A DNA stretch of 60,619 nucleotides, filler included, from Sphacelaria rigidula (lineage: Eukaryota): NCBI GenBank assembly GCA_964200075.2. It is 8 parts of 8 records of this genome, joined end to end, with 100 filler letters (N's around TTAATTAATTAA, not from the genome) between each part and the next. Parts side by side here need not be neighbours in the genome. Positions count along the whole stretch, not along the records: positions 45,543 to 53,031 come from CAXNAA020014693.1; positions 53,132 to 60,619 come from CAXNAA020014694.1; 6 more parts are not named here. One strand, 5' to 3'. Position 1 is the stretch's first letter; the number at the start of each line of letters is the position of its first letter. Shown piece after piece: positions 50,501 to 60,619 of this stretch. The notes below the pieces were generated by a model. It was not told the DNA's origin. It did not search any database and was given only the letters and a program-made list of their open reading frames with translations. The position numbers and the translations under genes are program-made.

Positions 50501-52420
50501 TCAAAGCGATTCGTGGACGTCGTGGGTGTGGTTGATGTTGCGCTGGAGACCACGGCGAAGTTCTTTGGACTTGAGACGCTGAAGACACCAAGATCCGCGT
50601 GGTTCAGATAGGCCGGTGGTGTAAAGTGCTGGCCGGAGCTTGAGCTGTACGGGTCCAGGGACATCGATGAAGCGCACGATGCATGTGTCGGCAGAAACCA
50701 GGTGAGCGGAGTGGGTCTGGCCCAACCACCGGAGGTTTTCGCTGCCTTTGAACCACAGACAGCTGCTCTTGGATAATATTCGCTGGTTTCCGAAGATCTT
50801 CGCCTCACAAATCTTGGTGGATACAAGTTCGTAGCCATCGGCGACAGAGCGTAGTCCTTGATCACGGTACAACTCGCGGGCTGCTGCACCACGACGCATG
50901 TTGCGATATTTCTTGTTGTGAGCAAGGTGCTGATGTTGGGATTGCGTGCAGTACCGGCGGATTGCACGGCGGTGCAGTTGAAGGTCGGATTCTCGTTCCC
51001 AACACGCTCCCCGAAGACCTGGCCAGTGGGTCTTATACATGACGGCCATTGTTCCACCTTGACCACGAGTAATCTGGTGTCCTAAGATTGTGGACACGGT
51101 CAATCGGAGGGGCTGTTCCGTCACGTCGTCGGTGGTAACGTGATAGGGCGGGGACTTGATCGAGTAGCTGTTGAGGACGTACTATGTGAGTCCGGCAGGC
51201 AGGTACTTGGGCATGTCGCTTGTACCATGCGGGTTCGTGCAGGGTTTGTATCTGCGCACGGAGACGCAGATTTTGGTACCTTTTCCCTAAAGGCCGTGAG
51301 GCAGATCGAGATAGAGCAGTTTGTCATCAACGGGTTTATCATCCGGTGATGATGGCGATGGTCCGACTGTCAGGATTTTGAATGATCCTGTCCAATTAGA
51401 CAATCTTGTCTTTGAAACTGTTTCGTCGGCTGCCTTGCTGATGTCCTGGTGGATGGTCGACAAGCTGTAGTAGATCCAAACCCAATCACTAACTTTCCAG
51501 TCGGGGCGTTTGTGCATGACGGTGTAGCGAGCAGTGTTAGATCTCTTAAGGCGCGAGGCGTTGATAGCGTGTTGTTCGCGCACGAGGGTAAACGGTTTGC
51601 GCTGTCGTGAATGCGCTAGTTCGTTATAGGATAGCTGATCCTGATTCAATCCTTGGTGGCCACCGAACGTGTGACGCTCAAACACGGTGATGGGCAGCCG
51701 AGAGTAACGTCCAAGATGATATTCGTTCGGCGAAAGGGCTGTGGCGGCGTTAACCGAGTTGTTGAAGGACAACATGATGTGCGAGAGATGTAGGTCCTCG
51801 TCATGTTGGCGATCATCGACGACCATAGGGAGCATCTGGGCCATGGTGTGATCACCTTTTTCGGTACCACCAGTCCCGTTCGGGTGGTAAGCGCTCGTGG
51901 CAATCTCGCGGGTGTCCAGGAGCTTGTAAAGGTCATCACAGAGGTCTGAGCAAAATTGTTGATCATTTTCTGAAAGGAGTCGTTTCGGGCAACCGTTGTG
52001 CTTAATGTAGTCGTGGACCAATATATCGGCCGTTCCGCCGGTAGTGAAATCTGCAACGGTTACTGCGCACATGGACGAGTGGCGGCTGAAGCGGTCAGTG
52101 TGGTATCTCAATATCAGGAACGTTTGGTATTGCTGTTCGAGGGTATCTTCGCACGTGTGGGCGGACCCAAAGCGGCCACAGACCACAAGAGTCATTTCAA
52201 TCATGTTCATGAAGGGAAAACCGAACTGTTTCGTCTTTACAGAGGTTGCAAAGTTTGGTACATGTTGCTACGCCGGGCGACCTCTGCGCAGACGCCAGTC
52301 AGTCCAGTAGAGCGACGAAAGCTAGCTATGATCGGGTTTGCCTGCTGTACTACCGCCAGCGTTGCTTGAAAGCCACAAGACCTTTGCGGTCGGCGGTTAA
52401 TGGCGTGGGTGTCAAATGCA
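50501..52420 (-). pseudogene. Ty3/Gypsy integrase remnant with chromo-like and additional C-terminal domains
   Basis: DRFSRH...GCPKRLLSENDQQFCS...TSAYHPNGTGGTEK...LSFNNSVNAATALSPNE...WTGSFKI (51287-52210), then ILGHQITRG...YKTHWPGL...WERESDL...WFKG..WLG...GPV...SWCLQ (50501-51124). Catalytic residues are degraded and there are frameshifts. Confidence 0.9.
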
Positions 52421-52599
52421 ACGACAAGTGGTGGATCATGAAGCACCCTTGTTCTTCGTGGGATCATATCTCGCCCCAGGTTGTAATGCGTGTCCTCCTC
52501 ACATCGGAATTCATTCTTGAATGCTACTGTACCGAAGTGCTCACGCAGCCAGCGCGTGCTCCAGATTGCAGCATGGACGCACCCCTATGCACCATGCTA

Positions 52600-52890
52600 G
52601 CAACGGTTAGATCACTACCATGGTCATCTTTTTTCACTCCGCATGTCAACAAGGTCTTCACAAGTGTTTGACGTCTCATAACCCCCCCCCAACTGGCGTC
52701 TCGCACGCTCTTGTCGTCGGGTACCCACAGGGTCACTCATACACATGTCAGGTGAAATCAACAATGAATAACACCCCCAGGTTCAAATTGGATATATCTG
52801 TTGTTTTCGCCGCAGGATCACCCTTGCCGGCATGTGTGTGACAGAGGAGAGTAGTAGCTATGACGGGAACATTGCCCTATTTTTCAATGA
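52600..52890 (+). repeat. Diverged partial copy of the 46452 element arm
   Basis: TTTTTCACTCCGCATG.CAA.AAG.TCT.CAC.AGTGTTTGAC.TCTC matches 46666-46712. Confidence 0.7.
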
Positions 52891-53031
52891 AACAGCAAAT
52901 TGTGAGAATTGAGGTTTAACTTCGAGATGAGGTTCAAGTGGGCAACCCGACTTGTGAACGTTTTGTAGCAGAAGTACCGAGGACAAGCTCTTATTCGGAA
53001 GAAGTTACTTGTGGAGGTGAACCCGTGATGC

Positions 53032-53131
53032 NNNNNNNNNNNNNNNNNNNNNNNNNNNNNNNNNNNNNNNNNNNNTTAATTAATTAANNNNNNNNNNNNN
53101 NNNNNNNNNNNNNNNNNNNNNNNNNNNNNNN
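53032..53131. other. Artificial contig spacer
   Basis: 44 N + TTAATTAATTAA + 44 N. Confidence 0.99.
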
Positions 53132-53189
53132 GTTCACTGATTGACCGATTTTCACTTTCAATCGTATCATCTACTCTCAATCTCACGAA

Positions 53190-53835
53190 AACACTGTTTA
53201 TAGTGAGTACAATATCAGCAACTTTCAATGCAACCGTTTTCGAGAGCCTGACGCTACTGCTTAAAGCTCTGTCGCTTGGAGACACGCTGATCATCATGGA
53301 TGAAGTAGAAGTGGAACTGAGAGCTACGGCTGACGGCAGTTCGATGAGACCGGATGGGGTACCTGCTGAAACCTTCAAGCCTGGATGGTCGGGGAGCATC
53401 CTGAGATCCTGCGCTACTACCACAGCATCATGGTGTTTGTTTGGACATCTGGCGAGGTGACGCAGGCGTGGAAGGTCGCCACTATGAAAGCACTGTACAG
53501 GAAGGACAGCACAGAGTGAGTGTAGTAGCTACAGGGGCTCCCTCGTGGCGCATACAGGTGAAGTTCTCTTCAAAATCGCAGCCGATACGTTCAATACCTT
53601 TTGTTAGGAGGCAACAAGTTTTTCAGAAGAACATCGCTGATTTTGGCGCACACAATGAATCACATACATGATACGCGTAAAGGAGTCGGGATGGGCAAGA
53701 AATATCCCTGCTTCATGGACCTGCAAAAACTATGCGACCCCGTGGAACCCACGCCAAAGTGCAGGAGGCACTTCCCCGTTTCGGAGTCTCACCGCGGATG
53801 ACGAAAGTTTACCATACATTCTACCAGTGCGCATC
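53190..53835 (+). pseudogene. Degenerate RTE-clade LINE reverse transcriptase (N-terminal RT region)
   Basis: Across frameshifts: RPDGVPAETFK, IWR, QAWKVATMKALYRK, YRG, SLVAHTGEVLFKI, EEH, CFMDLQK, LPRFGVSPRM, matching GPDG.PAE...WKDA...YRGISLV.H.GK...CF.DL.KAYD...RFGVP. Confidence 0.8.
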
Positions 53836-55541
53836 AGTTAGCTCAACCCCCCTCCCCTATCGTGGTATCAGTATGCGGCGCAGTGGTTTTCGGTGTGAGC
53901 TTGAAGCGTTATGCAGGAGACCCGTCCATGCACGTGTGCGTATGTATACATACATCTGGGGTTCAGGAAGCGGAGGAGTTCAGAGATGCGTGGCGATGCG
54001 ACGACCTATCCTAGTCCGATCTACGTCACAAAGAGGCGGCTGTGCTTAGAGCCGTGAGAAGGAAAGTCACCACCGCTGGCACAACAACAGCAGCAACACC
54101 CCACAAGGAACCCAAGGGCAACCGGAGAGAGTTCGGCCCATTTTGCCCCTGACTAGGAATGAGGTGGACGGGGTAGAACGAAGACTGATGTGCCCGGGAT
54201 TGTGGACGCTTCCATCTTGTCTTGCGAGGCTGGCGACGATGCTCCGTGTTGATGTGCTCCTACACATTCTCTCCGGGTTTCCTCCCGTTCGTCATATTTC
54301 ACCTCCTTGTGTCGCCCCTAGTTTTTCACTGAGAGCGACAAAGAGACTGTCACGAGGGCGTTGTTTTGTCCTTGGCATTTTGCGCGCGAAAATACGACAA
54401 GGCGAATGATGCCACCTCGAAATACCCCCACTTTGTGTCGTCCACCGGAGATCGGACTCACGGCCTAATCACCACGGTTGAGGTTACCAACTGAACCACC
54501 GGGACGACCGGGTCATGGAACTGATTCAAGAATGAGAAAACAGTACAGTTTTCCCGAGGTGAGTATCGTACATGTGGATCTTGATATCGATGTACATGTC
54601 TGGGCGCAAAATAGCAAGTTGTGCGAACAACATGCAAAAATAACCGTGTCATCAGAAATCGGCGAACTCGTACCTCTCCACCGAAGTATCGTTATGCTTA
54701 CCGTAACGCTACGAGCGTGCCTATTCTGGTACTTCACATTTGGCCAACAAGAATTATTGAGAAAACAAGTGTCAACATTTGTATACCTTGGTACAGTCAC
54801 GTCCATCTCTAGAGGATGGCTAGATTCGCGGCATATCAGCTACAGTAGCGAGATACTCATCAAAATATCAACCTGCAAATTATTTGTCGACTCACAAAAC
54901 TACTGAATACTAATCCAAACGAGAAAAACACGACGAAAACGAAAACGTCTACTCTCGACATCGCACTGGATGATACGGAACAACACGGAACAGTACGGAA
55001 TAACCACACAGGGGTACATCACACTAGGTAACCAATAAAACAACTTCAGAATAGAATCGGATTCACAAAGATGCCAGGAGTTGTAAAACGTACCCATGGA
55101 TGACGGCATGTCGGACGCGCGCTACTAGAATGTGAACCAAATTCTACAAAAACAATTCGTGCTACGAGTGCGCCCGCGGAGCATCGCCCTCGATACGCAC
55201 ATGATATCCATCTGTTAAATAAACATATTCGCTTGACAAGTAAAGTCCAGGCACGTTGTCTATCGTTGAGCACGTCACGGGACATTATTCTATTATGCCG
55301 TGCGAGATAAACTACTGTTCAACGTATGTCAAGTGCTAAGTGCACAACATCATTCTCTGCAGCAGGGTGACAATACCACCCTAGTCATGTTTCTGGTCGG
55401 ATCTATGCCGCACCATACAATCTGGTCCTCCGTCTACGAGAACTACTGTGCAACAACCATTGCATTGCTATAAATGGTGTCAATATCGCTCTCAAATCCA
55501 CTGCAGTAACATGAAGGCGGATCACGACCGCCACATCAACC

Positions 55542-58500
55542 TTACGTCACGTTCACGTTAATAGCGGTGTGCGCTGGGTTGGCGACCTCATCTCGCTCGA
55601 TTGTTCCGTCATTGTTCCTGTCCAGCTCGTTGAATCTTTTCATCACCTCATCGATGTCCTCCTGCTCTACCTTCTCCTGTAACACATTCATGACAGCAAC
55701 AGAAGGGCGGGTTCAAGTTGGAGTTGAGGTTGAGGTTGATCCCTCGGGGCGCCAGAGCCCCGCTCGGAGCAATACCTTCGGTAACCCTGGCATTACAGCT
55801 GAGCAGCTCCTATATCTGCGAGCACCACCGGCAATAACATGCCCCGTTTACGGTGGCTCCCAAACCCAGGCTAGTGCATAATATCAAATGTTCAAAGAAC
55901 GTATTCTTTATATTCTTCCACCGGCGCTCAAGGGCTCAAGACGACCTACGGGTACTGCTGAGGCTGAAGTGTACATAACGTTTGGAGGGAGAGACATCAT
56001 GAGGTCGGTCGCTAGCTAGCAGTCTCCTCGCTTTTTCTGGTAACCCTTAGACCGCGGTGCGGGTGGTCCATCTGGGTCACGCATACTTTCTCCGGTGAAT
56101 GTTGATGCCGATTCAGCAGGTGACCTACCCTCGCGGTCTAAGGGTTAAAAAGCACGGCAGCTCCAGGGGCTGTCAAGGTATTCAGAGCACAAACATCGAA
56201 CTTCATTTCCTATCATGAGATGTGCACGTAGCACGTACCCTAATAATAACAAGTCAACCTTCGAGGCCCATGAGAAGAGCAACCTCGTGAAAACCATGCC
56301 TGTTTTAGGGTTCGAGGTTACACTGTTTCCATGACGAATATCATGGGGAAAAAAACAACCTGCGAATAGTAAAATGCTGAAGCGGACTTCGTCCACCCAA
56401 ATTTGGGCCAAAAAACATCCATGTAGAGATATTCGAGGACTACACTCCCTCGGTCGCGAGAAAGTTCCGTGAGTTCAAGGGCGTTTTGTTGTCATGTACT
56501 CACTGATAGCATCGCGTGCCCCGGCCTCACACGGGTTCACAATACTCTCGTCTACTGAAGTCTTCAGTTCATATCCGACTTGACTGACTTGCAGCCTCCT
56601 TGGATGCGGTCCGCACCGCGATATGATCCGCACGGCACTTTGTTTTCTCCACTCCCAAACGATCATTCCAACGCCGCGCCGCGATGGTCAAACTGGCGCA
56701 TCACTAGCTTCGCGCGGAACGTTCAAATTTTGATGGTGGAGTCTTCCTCTCTGGTTTCCACCTTACGAAAACGCAAGAACCTGACTTGGACGGGGGGAAA
56801 CCCGATGGAAGTCAACGAGCTGCCGTAGTGCCGATCCAATGATGACAAATAAAGTGCAGCGCGAGTACTGCGCAAGATATAGAGCTAGTCGCTTTAGACG
56901 ATGGGCTCGTCGCAAGGGGAGGTGAGGGGGGGGTTGATGGAAGTACGACAAACGGAAGACAGTACAAACGCAACTGTTGGACCCATGCCCTCCTGGCACA
57001 GCGTCAAGAAACTCAAGCCTTCATCTTTTTGCACGTTGCTGCTGCTGAAGCACATGATACCACCAGTAGACCACAGTGTAGTCCACCATAGTACAGTGTT
57101 TACCTTACGGCTGCCAACGCGCGGAATAGCGTAAGAAGTGGGGTACGAGTTTGATGCACATCTCCCTCCCTTGCCCCCCACATCAATCTTTTCCCACTCA
57201 TGTGACAACAGAATGACTGAATGTTTTCTTCATTACAGAAAAAATCGATCGACTTTAGTGTGCATTCAACAGCATCATCCTTCGAGTGTACATCAAATAC
57301 ATTGTGGTGTGCTATCGCCCATAGTCGTTAGTGATGAGACTCGTGCGATCATATTTTATTAATTAATGGGCAGTCGACAGTGTCAGTTGTACCTTGACGT
57401 TTTTCGGCGACAAGCAAGTACAGGTTGTGTCACAATACAAAGCGCCCACATTCCCGGCTACGAGATTGCACGGAACGATAAATTCCGATTTTTAGAGAGG
57501 TCATATATACACCTTCTTTTCTCACTCCGACACCTGTACGTCAACCTGGCGGTTTCCAAGAAGCTCTCAAGAGTACAACGGCCGTACACTTCTGAGCCCT
57601 CCCCACAAGGTACACTGCTCGAAACGAACAAATGAGTATTCTTATCTCCGAATTGCGCCCCACTCTTTGTGCCGAGGCTTGCCGGGCCTTGTTTAGCCAC
57701 GAGTTTGCCCGCGATAGACACCCCGTGCATGAACAAACAGGATCAGGCGCAAATCGTAACACCAGGAAAGGGCCATGCATGCCAAAAGTTCCCAAGAGCC
57801 GTGTGCCGTTGGCAGTGTCGTCCCTTATTTCAACCATGCAACCGTCGCATCCGTTTTCGTTCCTCGTTACAGTAGGTATCGCAGTTAGTGGTGACTAACA
57901 TCACAGTGGTCAGCACACAAGATATACAGCACAACTGTACTGTATGGTGGGATGCTAAACAACGCAATCTCCACTGTGCGGTTTCGTCATGAACTGATTT
58001 CATTATGGGACAAGGTGGGCACCTCCACATTCTTCCGTCACAGCAAGTGCGCAGATATTACCTGTGTCGAGGGCCACGCGCTGCGAAACACAGCATGATC
58101 GCGAGTTCGAAACCCGCCAGATCAAGATTTTCTGCAAAAATATCACGTACATCATTTTGTAAGCGTAAGGATGAGAGTAGCAAAAACAATTTCACGAGAG
58201 TCAATGGGGTGCGGGAGTGTTTGACGATGATTTCATCCGTGACACCGAAATACAAGGCGTGCACTGGGGGAAACAGGAATCCCTTGCGACCACGGGCTCG
58301 TCCCGAGGCAGGGGGAAGCGTGAAAGTATAAAATAAATCACATAAGGAGCACTGTAGAAGCGCTTGCCATCGACGAAACTACCGCGCCGCAGTTTTTCTA
58401 TTTTCGCCTGTTTTCCCGCCTCGCATGGTCTATCGTGCGTTGAGGAGTTGTAGGGCGCAATATTCCTGGGGGCGTTTTGGTGTGCATTACCCTTCCCTGA

Positions 58501-60466
58501 TGGCACAAGTTGCGCCTGATCCTACTTGTCGGTGCACGGGGCAACCCTTGAAAAAAAGCGTTGGACGTAGCGCGGACATCATAGCAAAAATTATACTTTT
58601 GGACAAGTGTAACTTGTGGGAAGAGCTCGCAAGTGTACTGCCATCGTTCATTTGCGACTCCTGAGAGCGGAAAAGTGGCATTTCAGCTGCTTGGAAGCTG
58701 CCGGGTCCAGGTACGATTCCACTAGGCTCAGGTACAAGCCGAAGTTCAGGCACATGTTGAGAGAGAACGAAACAGCCATTTCTGTAAGGTTTCCGCCAAA
58801 AACACCTATATACTACTTTCTCGGGCAATCACATCGCGGGAAATGTCGGCAATCTATAATATGAAAGAAGTCTCCACCTGTTTGTGACCGCAAAATTTCC
58901 CGATATAACTGAAACTACCGCCCGCCCAAGCATTATATAATTTGTCTCAGCATAACTGTTTTCACTATACGGTGATTGTTCCTTGTGTTCCTTCCATCTC
59001 TCCCTTTTCTCGATTTCCCTCCAGGGAGTGTTTCCGTGTACTTGCCTCGGGCACGTCTTCCATGTCACCAAGGCTGATTCTTGGCGAATGAGGTGGCTTT
59101 TAATAGGGACACCATGCATCCATCAATCAATTTTCTGACTCACCGTGAATCGAACCTCGATCACAAGATACTCATGGTAAAATACAGTAAAAACTCGCCG
59201 ACGAGGAAACTCGAGTATGAGGACAAAACAAACAAGTCAAATGAGGAATAACACGAACAGAAGCGCATGAAACGAACGCTGCAGTTCTTACCTGGGCCAC
59301 GAGTTGTCGACACAGGAACTCAAATTTATCGATGCAGCCGTCTCCATCTCTATCCATCTCCATAAAAATCGGCGTCGTAATAGTGGCGTGCAGAATACGG
59401 TGCTGCCTTGCTTGAGTGCTCGACTCCACTCGCATCTGTGTCGGCAAGAAGATCGCGTAAGCCAGACGACAGAACGAAACTTCACCATCACGTTACAGCA
59501 CACACTGTACACGGGATACAGTGATGCCCTGTGTCTCAGCTCAATTCCACGTGCATCTGCGCTCCAAAATACCAAGTATGAGATGGCAAAACTCGAGTAC
59601 AAGTATAAGATGAGAAACATCGCCACAAAATCCAACCATCATTCGGGGAGTATAAGCCTGGAATTCAACTGCAGGCTGTTGAAACGTTGAGTCCATACTA
59701 GATCACCATCCCAATTGCATTGCCAAGTACGTGAAGAGGGCGGTTACCCGGGCTAGGCCGTGAGTCAATTTTGCCCTTCCAAGGCCGCCGCATCCTCGTG
59801 GCCACGCTGGCAGTTCGACACTAGGCTGAGCGAATAAATGGCTTCGTATCCCGACAGTAGATCTTACAGTGAATTCCTTCTGGTTTCCGTCGTCTTAAAG
59901 TTTGAGAATGAGAGTTGGGGCAAACAATCGATGAGACTTGGACGGCTGCGGGAGTGTCATTGACCCAAAGTTCGATACTGCCATGCAAGGTGAGTGACAT
60001 TGGAGAGAAGTCATTCGAAGTACGAGCGGGGATTTGAAACAAGTGACAAGAAAAAAGAAGAGATCGCGAAAAGGCCACACTGTGCTGCACATGTATCTGC
60101 AAGTTGGCCCTCCGTGACCCCTTGATTGCGAAGATTCTAGGATCTTCACGGATGGGATGTTCGCATGCTACGATCTGGTCACGAACGTTCGCATTGGCTT
60201 ACGTGGGTCGACTCGAAATTACTACTCGTACTTCGCCGTTACAGGGCGAAGCTGGAAGCTACACCAGGTCGCATGGCACATTTCGTCACGCGAACTTGAG
60301 CTGAAACGACTACTAGTTTGCTCTCCGCTTTTGATGTCATATTTCAAGCATTGTGCTCCACCCACCTGGGTGTAGTCGGACACAATCTTCGCCAGCAGCA
60401 GCGTGGTTAACGGCAAGAAAAATATTGCGAAGGCCTTCGTCACTGTCTTGTCCGGGTAGTAGTCAC
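55542..60466 (-). CDS. 3' exons (60466-60366, 59435-59292, 55676-55542) of a TPK/KCO-like potassium channel with two C-terminal EF-hands
   Basis: Phase-consistent AG/GT splicing gives (G)DYYPDKTVTKAFAIFFLPLTTLLLAKIVSDYTQ|MRVE...RILHATIT...MDRDGDGCIDKFEFLCRQLVAQ|EKVEQEDIDEVMKRFNELDRNNDGTIERDEVANPAHTAINVNVT*. This is the end of a G(Y/F)GD pore motif, an inner TM helix and two canonical 12-residue EF loops. Confidence 0.9.
56044..56144 (+). mobile_element. 101-bp TTAA-type MITE family E (best copy), intronic
   Basis: Perfect 13-bp TIRs CCCTTAGACCGCG / CGCGGTCTAAGGG, flanked by GTAA and TTAA. Confidence 0.85.
57365..58935. mobile_element. ~1.57-kb old inverted-repeat element inside the K+ channel intron
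   Basis: 57365-57815 is the diverged reverse complement of 58450-58935 (CCCCGTGCA...AGGATCAGGCGCAA vs TTGCGCCTGATCCT...TGCACGGGG; CCCACAAGGTACAC vs GTGTAACTTGTGGG). Confidence 0.75.
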
Positions 60467-60550
60467 CTATGGGATGTTCAAAACAAGGGGAGAGCAACCG
60501 AATACGACGGTTGATTTTTGTGCCGATATTTGCCTTTCACGTTGCGTTGG

Positions 60551-60619
60551 GGGTGGGGGGGGTACTCATGATCATGCATGCCATTGTAATAAGACCATTG
60601 ACCTCGCATCCCTACAAAG
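60551..60619 (+). mobile_element. Dispersed repeat family D (D1), truncated at contig end
   Basis: G-run + TACTCATGATCATGCATGCCAT...GACCATTGACCTCGCATCCCTACAAAG. Confidence 0.8.

Noticed and set aside
7492-53131. Regularly spaced TTAATTAATTAA motifs and ORFs ending in X...LIN
   Set aside because: Artificial spacers, not a biological array or CRISPR. The lone TTAATTAA at 57359-57366 has no Ns and is a chance AT-rich site.

Overview
Eukaryotic, intron-rich and transposon-rich DNA, most likely from a brown alga (Phaeophyceae). That assignment is inferred from long GT-AG introns and from the RTE-LINE, Ty3/Gypsy and Ty1/Copia remnants, judged against remembered family motifs. The window is not one locus. 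It is eight contigs of 7491, 7491, 7490, 7490, 7490, 7490, 7489 and 7488 bp, joined by identical 100-bp spacers (44 N + TTAATTAATTAA + 44 N). The descending lengths indicate size-sorted unplaced contigs, so neighbourhood across spacers has no meaning. Supported host gene fragments are: the 3' exons of a TPK/KCO-like K+ channel with two EF-hands; exon 1 of an FG-repeat nucleoporin; a 1.34-kb terminal exon encoding a poly-Asp tract plus two Cys-bracketed F5/8-type-C (CBM32/discoidin-like) domains; a coiled-coil plus two-TM gene; and two unknown spliced genes. The rest is decayed retroelements and several families of non-autonomous DNA elements (TTAA/piggyBac-type elements, long foldback hairpins and a composite MITE with nested termini). 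The best candidates for undescribed biology are the acidic tandem-CBM32 protein and a decayed CGFCG/PxTN cysteine-cluster gene sitting next to a DNA-transposon-like end. No rRNA, tRNA or CRISPR array was seen. No database searches were run.
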